Position numbers and translations under genes: made by a program
Source: Candidatus Micrarchaeota archaeon
GTDB taxonomy: Archaea > Micrarchaeota > Micrarchaeia > Norongarragalinales > SBBD01
DNA: 64,000 nt
Direction: 5' to 3'
Assembly (NCBI GenBank): GCA_018819225.1
Contig: JAHJQN010000001.1
Span: forward strand, 70,527 to 134,526
Shown: piece after piece, positions 51,383 through 63,300 of the stretch
Numbering within the stretch: position 1 is the first letter of the stretch
Layout of the letters: each line of letters starts with the position of its first letter
Notes under the pieces: model-generated
Seen by the model: the letters and a program-made list of their open reading frames with translations, nothing else
Database searches by the model: none
Told to the model about the DNA's origin: nothing

Positions 51383-54300
51383 TCATCGCCTCGTCATGCC
51401 CTTGATGCGGGCGTTTACGGACTCCAAGTAATTCTGAGCCATGCGCGTCAAACCTTGTTTGAGCTTGTCGCTCGCGATGTTCAACTCCAGCTCGACGTCG
51501 TACGTATCCACGCCGTGCGACTTCAATTCCGCGAGTTGCTTGCGCGCGTCCTCGATCTGCAAACGAATCGTCGTAAACTGTTTGATTTCCTCCTCGGTCA
51601 AACTGAACGTGCTGTGCAAAAGCGGCCGGAAGCTCACGAACCACGGCTTTCCGTCATTGTATTCCGCGTTCTGGTATAGACCGGTTCCGACCGTCAATTT
51701 GGTGACGCGGTCCGCGTACTCGGCACCGTACTTCGTTTTCACTCGTCCGATGTCTCCTTCGTACCGCGTTCGCAATTGGATTTCAGAGGCAATGTTCGCG
51801 CGCACCGCGCCCTTGAAGTCGAGCAATACCTGCGAGATGAGGAAGATGCCGATTCCCCACTTTCGGAACTCCCGGCAGCCGCGCTCAATGCTCGTGTACG
51901 CGCCCTTACCCCCGTACTTGGGCAGCAAACGGTGAACCTCGTCGTAGATAATCATGGCTTTCAGCTCACGGCTTTCCTTGGGGTTGCTGTGGAAAATGCT
52001 GTCGATGCTGCGTCGCACTAAACTGTCGAGTTGCTCGGGGCGCAGCTTGTTCATGACGAAAACAGTCATTTCTCCGGGCTTGAAGTGCTCCGGAATATTG
52101 ATGTCCATGTTCGGGTCCGTGACGTCGATGATGTTGACCTTGAATCCGCGCGCGTCCTCGGGGCGCAAGCCGAAGTTCGGGTAGAGCGATAACATGCCCT
52201 TGTCCTTGTTGGGTCGGATGAAGCCCGTCCATTGAGCCGTGGGATCGAATACGACGATGGGCAGCTTGCGCATGAGCATTTCCTCGGCAATAACCTGAGC
52301 GGACACGGACTTGCCGCTCCCGGTTCCTCCTGCGGCAATGGAATGCGTCGTTAACCGCTCCATTTCCACGTACGATTTGACGTCGGTTTCCGCAATCTTT
52401 CCGGTCACAATGGAACGCGGGCCCGGCTGAGGTAGTTTCTTGAAGTCCAACGGCATGATGTAGCGCGTGACTTTTCTTTGGCGGCGGCGATAGGCCTTGT
52501 ACGCGCGGCGTCCGACAATGGCGAGGAGTAGCAAGGCAATGAGCGCGTAGGTCAGCGGCGAGGAAATGACGGTTTCCACGACTAATGCGGTGAATGGAAC
52601 GGTGACTAAGTCGAATGAATCCGCTGCAGAAGATTGCTTGCGTCCGTCGAAGTAAGTGGCGCGCGCTTGAATCACGTATTTTCCTGGTGGCGCGTTCACC
52701 GGAATCTCAAGCGCGACCAGTCGCGTAATCACGTCGCGGACACTCAACGTTTCCGTTTCGCTTACGATGGAGGTTTCGTCGTCGAGGGAAAGCACTTCGT
52801 AGACCGCGACCACGTTATCGACGAGCGACGTTTCTCCCCGGTTAATGAATGAAACTTCGGCCTTCAATTCGTTGCCGGGGGTTACGGTCTTCGTAAGCGC
52901 GCGGGCCTTCACTTCGAGCGTGGGTTCGCGGACCGATTCAATCTTTAGCGTGACGGGAGTGCGGTGCGAATAATCGCCCATGCGAATGAGTATGTCGCCC
53001 GTGTAAATGTCGGGTTCGGCATCTTCGGGAGCGAATACGGTGACGTGGACGACTTCAACGGTCCCTGCCCCAACGGAAAGCGAAACGTTGGAAAGGGAAA
53101 GATACGGTACAATTCCTCCCTCGACGGTAATCTGCGCTTGCATGTCCTCGGCAAGATTGTTGATGAGGTCCATGGAATGGACTTCGCTTTCGCCGGGTTG
53201 GAGGATAACGTAAAGTAACGTGGAGCGCACTTCGAGCGGGGCCTGCAAGGTCGGAGGCGTCGTGCCTGACCCGGGTCCGGAAACGTTGGTTCCTGCTCCG
53301 GGCGGGGCCGTTCCGGTTTCGCCTTCGGAAACGACGCCGCCACCCGGTCCGCCTCCACCGGGTACGACGGTAGCAACGGCCGTTGGAGTGACCGTGACAT
53401 TCAGTACTCCGCAATCCAAGGCGCAGTTCGATGTCGACTCGCCGTACGTCGTTTCGCATACCCCGTTACCGCAAACGTATTCGGCGAGCGCGTATCCTTC
53501 GCTCAAGTTATTGGTAAGCATCCACACCGACGTCCCGCTGGAATTCAAGTTTCCTCCAACGCGCGACCAGTTCGATCCGCAGCCTGAGAATTGCGTGTAG
53601 TTGGAGCACGTGTAAAGTCCGAGGTTGGGTTCGAAGAATCCAGAATAACCCGAGTAGTTGAGTGAAAGCCCAATCCGGTTCGTGTAGTTGAGTTTGGTTT
53701 CAATGGTCGTCCCGAAAATCGCTCCGGCGCCGATGCGTTCCGAGGGAATATGCCCGAATTTCACGGGATCGTGAACGTTTTGGTTGATCAATGAACCATT
53801 GAATCCAACCATCGTGTTGACTCCCGTCGCGATGATGCCATACGTGTTAACGAAAACCGTGCGGTTGTAATGGCCAGTGGAATTCGCGCTGAAGTTGTAG
53901 ATCACCGATCCCGATAAGTTGTAGAAATCAATTTCAGTCTTATTGTGCAGCTTCCAATCCAGTGCAATAACGGGTTTGGAATTGCTTTCTTCATCGTACG
54001 CTATTCCCGAGAAGTAGGCTGCGGCGCGGACTTCAAATGAACCGGTCGTGCTGTTGCAGTTTCCGGATACGTCGCAAGTGGTTGCGGATACGGAGTAAAT
54101 ACCTTCTCGGCTCGTATCCGAGTAGTTGGAATCGTAGTAGTAGGAGTCTCCAGACGAGTAAGCGAGCGCGTACGTGAGGCTAACAACCGTAGCGTTCGGG
54201 TACGTCAAGTTTCCGGTCACATTCGCGATGCCTCCGGTATCCGTCGCATTCACTTGAATCGGAGCTGTGAAGTTTGCAATAACGAGTGTTTCTAAAATGA

Positions 54301-57300
54301 ACGCAATGGTTGGTTTGATTTCGTCCGTGTAAACCAAAGCATCCATTTCCGCATCAGAGCGCGCGAGACTGCGGCTCGAGTCGTTGGCAGTCACGTTGAT
54401 ATCATAGCTTACACCGGTTGGCAAGTTGGGAGCCGTGAAGTTGAGTTCCCACAATCCAATGGAGGAAACGTAAGAGGAACTGGAAAGCGTGATAGGGTAC
54501 GTCGTGCCACTGACGAGGCTGAGATTGAAGGAAACGTTTTGCGTGAGGACCACGTTGGCGTAGGACACGTTGACGCGCACGGAAACGTTTTCGCCGAAAT
54601 CAACATTCGTTAATGGATTGAGTTGCGAGGGCTGCGTGATGTTCACGTAATACGGGTGTACGGTGAGGTTGACCGCGGAGGAACGCGTGGGAGGAATGGC
54701 GGTGGAATTCTGCGTGTAGACGGTGCCGATGTAGATGGAGTAAGCGGTAACATTGGGGGCGGAGTAATTGACTTGAACAACACCGGTTTGCCCAGGTGAA
54801 AGAAGGATGTTCGAGACGTTGAAGCTAACGTACGTGGATAAGTTGCTGGAAAGCAAATCGAGGAGGACAACATTGTTCCCGATATTGGTCAGCGTTAGTT
54901 CTCCGAGGATGTTCGAGGTCCCGGCAATGACTCGGGAATTGAAACTGGAAGGCGATTGCGTCCAGCTGACATTCGAGGGAACCGTAATGGAGATGTTGAT
55001 TTGATCCGAGGTGTTGCTCGTGCTGTTCGCAAAAATAATTCCGGTGTATACTCCGGTAGCGTACGCAAACGGAACCGAGATCGTGATATTGACACGCGTA
55101 TTGGTCCCTGCAGGCAACGAGGAAATGGAGTTTGGAGAGAACGCGTAACTGAAATCGCTGCATACGGTTCCGGAAGCGCACGTGAAGTTGATCGTGCTGA
55201 TGTTCGCATTTCCAACGGATGCGAGCGTCATATTCGTTGTATCTTGATCCGACGAGGAAATCGTCATGGAAATCGATTCTTCGGAGATATTGAGTACGGG
55301 ATTCGAGAGGACTTCGACGATTAGTAGCGAATAATTTTGTGCAATGCTCGCATTGCGGTTCGTCCAGTTCGCCGTTAGGTTTAACGTGTAATTACCGGGA
55401 GCCGTTCCATTTGAAATGACGGCAACCGTGTTGTTGTAACCGGTTCCGTTTGCAAGAATCGTGGCGTAATGGAGCCAGAAGGGCGATGCGGACAGATTAC
55501 TAGTTGTCGAGGAAAGGTTTGCAGAAACATTGTAGGCGCGGGCGTATCCCGTGTTGATGAGACTGATGTTTAACGGAGCGCTGCCGGATCCGCTCTGCGT
55601 GACGTTGGCAATTTGGATGAAGGTCACGTTGGTTCCAATGGAAAAGTTCGTGGTATCTGCGATAGTGAGGTTCGATACATTCGAGCAGGTTACGAGGCCG
55701 GCGGAGTCGTTGGCGCAGACTTGCATCTGATGAATTCCGGCGATACTGCTAATGTATGAAGCGTTGTAAATGCTGCCCACACCCGTCATGGTCGTGTTCG
55801 TGGTGGAGAGATCCTGCGCTACGACGTAAATCCAGGCGCCCGAAACCACGAAATTATCGGTGATGTTGGCAGTAATCGTGGTGTTTCCGTCGGTGACTTC
55901 AAATGATGGGGGAGTGGCCGTCACGTTGGTTATGATGGGGGGGATGTCGCTGACATTGAGGGTGATGGGAATCGTTCGCTCGGTCGGAGTTCCGTTCGTG
56001 GATTGAATGGAGATTTGGCCGCTGTATAATCCGGGCGTCCGGCCAGCCGGAATGACGTAGGTTACCGTGATATTTGCAGAGACTTGTTTGCCGAGATCAA
56101 TGGCAGGGGGAACAATCGTGAGGTCCTGCAAGTCGCCTTGCTTGTAGAATACGAGATCCACATCGATGTTACCGATATTCTGGATCGTGATGTTGCCGAT
56201 GGTGCCCGACGTGTTCGGCGATACGGAGATGTTTCCGAAAGTCAACGGGGATGAAATCCAGCTGCCGTTACTCGGAATGTCCAAGTTGATCAGCGAAAGG
56301 TTGGTTCCGTCGTTGCTCGAGTTGACTTGAATGTACGTCCAATACAATCCAGGGGTTTGCCCAGAGGGAACGGAGACGTTGACATCGATCGACATATTGC
56401 TTCCAGCAGGCAATGAATCCGTGGATGTCGGGAACATGATCAGCGAGCACCCCGGGCATGCCGTTGAAAGATTGCCGCCAATCGTGTCCGTGAATACGCC
56501 GAGGAGCTGATCGTTTCCGTAGGATCGAACCGACAAATTACCGAGTTGGGTTATTGCACCGTGTTGCGGAGTCGCATTGATGCCTCGGGGCTGGAGTCCG
56601 ATACGGGGGTTCGAACTGACGATTACATCCGTCGAGTTCGAGATGCTGATTTGCGTGATATCCGCGTTCATCCACGTGGCGTTGGTGGTGATCCGAATTA
56701 ATTTCGGTGGGGTTCCGGGAAGTATTGTAACATGAACGGCCCAGTAGCAAGTCACGTTAGGCTCGACTCTCCCACAATCCTTGAGGCTTTCGTTGTAGGC
56801 TATTTCGCTTGAGGAGTCGTCCGCGACCGTGAGATTCGTGTAGTTCGAAGCCACTGGGCCGGTAACCGTGTAGTTGACCAACAGATCGAATGCGTATCCG
56901 TTGTCTTGAGTCACTCCCGTTGCCGTTACAGCTAACGGGTTGATGTGCAGCGTGGCATTGGTCTGTCCCCAGACCGAGAAGTTGCCTGCAAAAGTATAAT
57001 TGGAATTGCTTTCAGGTGGCTGGTCGAATGCCCAAATCGTGGCGTTGTGCAATCCGTCGTTGTAAGGCAGGTATTCCACGAAGTACGTGTTGTTTCCGTC
57101 ATGAGTCATGTTCACATCTTCCGTTGTTCCATTAGGCAATCCAATGCGAGTAAATACGTAATCTATAGCAGTATCGTCAGTCACCACAACCGTGATGTTC
57201 GTGATGTTGAGGTTCGCTTCCAAGGAACTGTTCGGAATAATGGAGGCGTTCGTGAATTGCGGGGGCACTAAATCAAGGATGTTGATGTTCACTATACTTT

Positions 57301-60300
57301 CATTTTGGAATGCGCTGTAGAACTTTTCAGCATCGTCGAAAATAATGCAGCGAAGCGTCGCATCCCCTTTCTGGGAAGGCGTGAAGTTGACCGACGCTTG
57401 ACCCGTGCTGTTCGTTGTCGCATTTCCAATAACGTTGTATCCGGCGGTGAAGTTGGAGTAGAAGCTGACGTTGTAATTCGATACGCCATCTCCGGATTCA
57501 CTATCCGTGACGCGGCACGTGAAAGTCACATTATTGGGATAGGGGTGTTGGCTGGCATCCGGGGGGTATTCGACTTGAACGTTTGAAAGACCAAAGATTT
57601 CCACTTGAACGGTGTCGTTTCCTGAATCGTAATAGGAGAGGCTGGATTGGATCGTGAAGTTTCTCACTCCCGTCAACTGAGTGAGAAGCGGTAGAGAAAG
57701 CGGTGTGCCGGATCCTACTGCTCCGGTTTCATTGAACCAAGTGATGAGCGTAGCAGGCGTATTTCCGTTTTCATCCCAAACGCTGGCTATCAAATCCATG
57801 GTCTCGTCTTTTCCGTAAGAGGTTCCGTTCAATGGAGCCGTAATATTGGAAATGAGTACTCCTTGGATGACGAGCCAAGTCGTGTTCGTAGCGGAGTCAG
57901 ACGCATTCGTATCCGACGCGTTGAGGTAGAACGTGTAGTTACCCGGCGTGGTGGTGTCGGTTACGTTATGAAGGATGGAACAATATCCGTCGTTGTCCGT
58001 GATGCAGAAACCGACGAGAATCGGGGTCGCGTTGTAGAGCGAGACATTTGCACCAACGGCAGTAGCCAGTGCATCTTTTACGTGAACCGTGAAGTTGGCT
58101 TCGTGAGGCGAATAGGTGTCGTTGCGGTAAATCGTGGTCGGATTGATGGTGTATGAATCAATGATGAAATCTCGGTTGATGAGGATGAGCGTGGAGTTCT
58201 CGGGGTTAGAAACGTTGTAGTACTTGGCGGCATCGCCCGTCATGTTGCATGAAACATTATGGTAACCCGGCGTATCCGTGGTGGTGGACCAGAGCCAAGA
58301 CGCGGAACCATTTCCATCCGTGCTCGACGTCTGCTGCCATTGCAGGTCTTTCCAGAACTGGACTTGGTAACTGGAAATGTAGCTATTCGTATTGTTGTCC
58401 TGGATGCGGCACTCGACGGTAACGGTTTGTCCGGCAATGTATGAACTTCCATTCGGGGGAGCAATGTAGCCTACTTGGCTCCAACCGAATACGGTCAACG
58501 AACTCGAGTTGACGCCTTGATCATAATAGGAATTATTGGACGTGAGATTAACGGTCGTGAGGCCTCGCTTGTACAACGCGGGAACTTCCCACGTCGTATT
58601 TTGACCCTGCGCGAGCACTAAACCGGTTTCATTGTACCAGGTCGTGTTAGCAGCAAGAACCGGCTGCGAGCATTCATCGTTAATGGTACTATTGAACGTG
58701 AAGTTGGCTTGACGGTTCGTGTAATTGCCTTGGATCAAGGGGTTGAAGTTGCTGTAGAGCTGACCGTAGACATCAAGGGTTTGGTTCGTGGTGTTAACCC
58801 CCTTGTAACACGAGTCATCGCTTCCGCCGATCCATACTTGTCGCGCGGCATTGTAATCGCATGAGGGATCGAAATTGACCGTGCAGTTTCCTTCGCTCGT
58901 GGCGCACGTGTAATTCACGGTCAGGTTTCCTCCGTCTTTTGAGATCCAGAAATTGCCGATGCTGCCGTTCGGGTACGTGACATTATCGGAATCGTAGAAC
59001 GTGAAGCGCATGTAGGCGGAGTTGTTTGCAATTCTGCGGATAGAGGTATTACTATCTCCCATGGGCGTAATCACTACATCGTCGCGTTCGAAGTTCAAAC
59101 TATAAATCTCGGTTTCATCCGTGAAGTTGAAGGGATCCGTCGTGTTGATCTTGAAGTAATTGTATCCAAGATCCGCGCATTCGAACCGGTGGACGAAATT
59201 GACCTGCGTTTGAATGGGATTGAAGACTTGCTGCATTTCAATTAAATTCCACGAGGCGTTGTCATCGCTCTTCCATAGACTGACGTTGTTCGTGTTTTGG
59301 TCAAAGTCCGTGACGCGGACGCTGAAGAGATACGCTTCTCCCCATCCCGCCGTCCATCCTCCCGTGGTGCTGTTGATTCGGTATTCTGAAAGCCCGGGAG
59401 CGGTTCCCACGAAGAAAGCATACGGATCAATGGTGCCATTGGAGCTGTAGAAGCTCTTGGAAATGTTGAACGTGGCGTTATACCATTCGCGGGGTTGGAG
59501 CGTGGAATCCCAGGTGCAGTTGTAGGTTCCGCCCGCATTGGAGAAGTTGCTGCAGGTCTTCGGGCCTCCGAGGCCCTGGTATTGAACCACTTTCATTGCG
59601 GGAGTCGCGTTTTCAACGAGTCCGGTACAATCGTCTCGGACTTGCGTTTTGATGACAATGAGATCGCCTTGCAGATATCCATTTCCGTTGGGGAATGTGA
59701 TTTCCGGACGGAGATCGGACCAGACTTGCAGCGTAATGTTGGAAACGTTCGCGTTCTTGTAGCACGTATTGTGATCGGAACCGCCGCGCAGGTACTGCGT
59801 GCCTATGGTGTACGTACAACTGGGGTCGAAACTGTAGTTGACCCATCCGTCGGACAGGGTTCCGGTTAATGATCCGTTGTCCCACGTGGTTCCGTTGTCG
59901 TACGTAACCCAAATCGTCGCGTTTTCTCCAAGTCCTACCGTGGTATTTGTGTCGTTGTCGTAGAATCGGAGCGCTACGTCCGCGGTATCCGCGGAGCCGT
60001 TTCGGTAAACCTTCGAGTTATCGAGAGAATAGAAGTCGATGCGCGCATCATCCTGTTCGAGCGTGAAGTTCAATTCCGACGTATTGACGGAATACGAGTG
60101 GTTGTCCGAGGCCGTGAAATAGAATTCCATGTCGCCCATGTCCGCGCAGGTATAGATTTGGGTGCTGAGGGAAACGTTTTCATTCGTGGGATTGTTGATC
60201 GTGGTCGAATTCTGTTCGGTCCACGAGGGAGCGCCAATATCTCGCGTCCACAATCGTACGAACACTTGGTCCGCATCGTCATCGGTTACAATCACGTTGA

Positions 60301-63300
60301 AGAACCAGCGTTCTCCCCATCCGCCGAGATCCTTGATGGATGAAGCGTTGGATAGAACGGGCGCGGTTTCCACGAAGAATGCGTGGGTTTGGGTTGTGGA
60401 ACCATTGTTGAAGAATGCTTTGGAACCGTTGAAGACCGTCGTCCACCAGTTCGCGCTCAAGTTAGAGGTCCATTGGCTGCAGTTGTAGGCGCCGCTTCCC
60501 ACTTCTTCGATGGGTGAACACGTCGTGTTCTGACTCGAACCCTCGTGATAGGAGTCGAAACGGACGTTGGCCCCCACCACGTCTTGTCCGCAGTCGTCCG
60601 CTACCTGCGCCAGCATGGAAACGTTGTTTCCTTGTGTGACGGAGGTGCCAATCGGGGAACTGATGGAATTCGTTAAGTGGCCCCAGACGCGAGTGGAATA
60701 ATTTTCGGTGGTGTTGGCAGCCTTGTAGCAAGCGTCGTTGTTCACTCCGCCTATCCAGACTTGTGCACCCTCGCTGTAATCACACGTGGGCTCGTAATCC
60801 AAATACAAATGTCCGCTGGAATTGGTTTGGTTCGTATTCGATTCGAAGCTGCTTCCGTCGGAAGTCACCCAGAATGTTCCGTTGACTCCACTGGTCGCCC
60901 AACTGGAGTTGTCGATGTTGTAGACACGGAGGATGAGGGGCGTGGAGTTCGAACCCGTTCGGTTCACGTCGGTGTCATTACCCACGTTCTCGTAAGAAAC
61001 GTTAATATCGTTGGCTTCGACTTCAAAGCCGGTTTGGTTCGATGAATTGTCGGTGTTGGTTCCGTCCTCGAATTGGAATAACCAAACGTTATCGTCTCCG
61101 ATTTCCCCACAGGCATAATTCGTCACATTGACTTGGCAACGTCCAACGCCGCTGACAATGAGGTCGGTTCCGCGGTCCTGCCAAAGGGTGCCATTGTTTG
61201 TGGTTACGAAAAGACGGCAAGTTACGTTATCAAACTGGGTGTCGTTTACGTCCGCTTCATACGTGAAGGTTTCACTCCATCCGCCGAGTGAAGGTGAAAC
61301 CGTGTAGTTTCCGATGGAGGGCGGCGTGTTGACTAGGTTGAGCCAATCGAGGAAGAACGTGCTGTTGGAATAGTAATTGGCTTCCGTTGCATTCGAGTGA
61401 ATATCCCAAGCGCCTCCTTGGTGCTGGGACGTATCCCACGTGCAGTTGTATTGACCCGTGCTTTCATTGGCGATGGGCGAGCATTCCTCTTCCGCGTCTC
61501 CCGGAGAACGCAGGAATATTTGAGTAGACGCATTTTGTCTCGGAATCAAGCACTCATCCGTAATGTTAACCTTGATCACTTGCTGATTGCCTACCGGAAT
61601 CGTGGTGTTGAAATCGGGTTGAGTCACGTTGATGAGTAATTGTCCTACAACGGTGATGGGGAAAGTGGTGGAAGTGTTCGCGTCTTGGTAACATGAATTG
61701 TTGAGGGTGCCCGCAACCCATTTCTGCGCCATGGACTGGTGGATGCAGGAAGGATCGAAGTTGAGGTTCGCGAACGCGCTTCCGTCCGTGGTCGTAATGT
61801 TTCCGTTATCGTAGTTCACGTTATCCGTCGTCGCCCAGAACGAGACATTGACTCCGGTTCCAACATAGGCTGCCAAATCCAAGTCGTATACCTGCACTTC
61901 CAAGAACTTCGTGTCATTTCCTTCTCTGACTATGGCGTCTCCTCCGGCTCCTTGCGAGAAATCGATTCGCGGCAGGTCGGGAGTAATCGTGAATGAAACG
62001 TTGGTGGTCTCGTTCGTGTTGTTGTTGATGTCACTGGCATTGAACTTGAAGTCGTTTCCTCCAATATCAGTGCATGTAAAGCGGTTGTAGAACGAAACCG
62101 TTTCCAATCCACTAAACGTTTGCGTAGTCTGGTTAAGTAACGCCCAACTTCCGAACGACACACGTTTCCATAAGTAGACGGTGACATCGTCGCCTTCGAT
62201 ATCGATCACGGTCACGTTGAAGACGTAGCGTGCGCCCCATCCGTCGGTACTGGGACTGACCGTTGGGTTCGTGAGTACCGGTACGGCAGTCAGGTTGAAA
62301 GCAGTATTCTTCAACGCGACCGTCGTGTTGTAGAAGGTCTTGGCGCCTTGGAAAGTGACGTTGTAGGGTCCGGTAGCCATCGTGTTCGTGGAAGCAGCGG
62401 GAATCGTGCAGTTGTACGTGCCATCGCCCGAATCGTTTACGGACGAACAAATGTAGTTGCTTCCTCCCGTTGCATTCATGACAGTAGCCAAACCCGTAAC
62501 CGGATTCGGACACTCATCCGTGACATTGGCTTTCAGCAGAATATCTTGGCCGCGGAAGAATCGCTCGTAATGAGGATTCGTGATGTTAATGGTTAAAGCG
62601 GTTGTTATGTTGTACGTATTGTTGGTGGAGTTGCCGGCAACGTAACATCCGCCAGCTGGCTGAATCAGTTCAGCCAACCACGTCTGATTTCCTACACTAT
62701 AATCGCACGACGGATTGAAGATGTAGCGCATGTGGCCGGAACTATTGGTGTACGCGACTTGCGTGGCCGAGAAGTTTTCTCCGTCTTCCGTTAAATGAAT
62801 GTATCCCTCGAAGCCGGCTCCCAGCGAACTATCGGGATCCGTGTCGCTGTCCCAGATCTGGACGGTGAGACTACGGGCATCGCCTCCCGGACGATAGATG
62901 CTGACATTCCCTCCAGTTTCTAACTCGAAGTAAATTTCGTCGGCTTCCAGGGAATAATTGATGGCAGCGGTCGTATCGTTCCAGATATCGTCTTCCGTCA
63001 CGTTCCACAGGAATTCTCGCGCGTTCTCGTTCTGGTAGAAGCTGCATGAACCGAACACTTTCGTGAAGCTCACGGTTTGATTGATGCCTGAAAGCGTAGT
63101 AGAATACAAATTACTCCAGGATTGACCGGTCCGGTTTCGTTCCCAGAGGTAAACGGTCACGTTGTCCCCGTCGTTGTCACTGACCAACACGGAATAATTG
63201 AAGGTTTCTCCCCATCCGCCATTCGAAGGAGTCACGTTCGGGTTGGAAAGAACGGGTGTAGTCTCCAAGAAGAACGCGTTGACGCTGACGTTCGACTCGT

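Noticed and set aside
51383-52480. ATPase as the DNA-repair helicase HerA or a conjugation VirB4/VirD4
   Set aside because: No N-terminal HAS barrel is evident, and no nurA/mre11/rad50, relaxase or virB-like neighbours are present. It is fused to a TM and a giant ectodomain.
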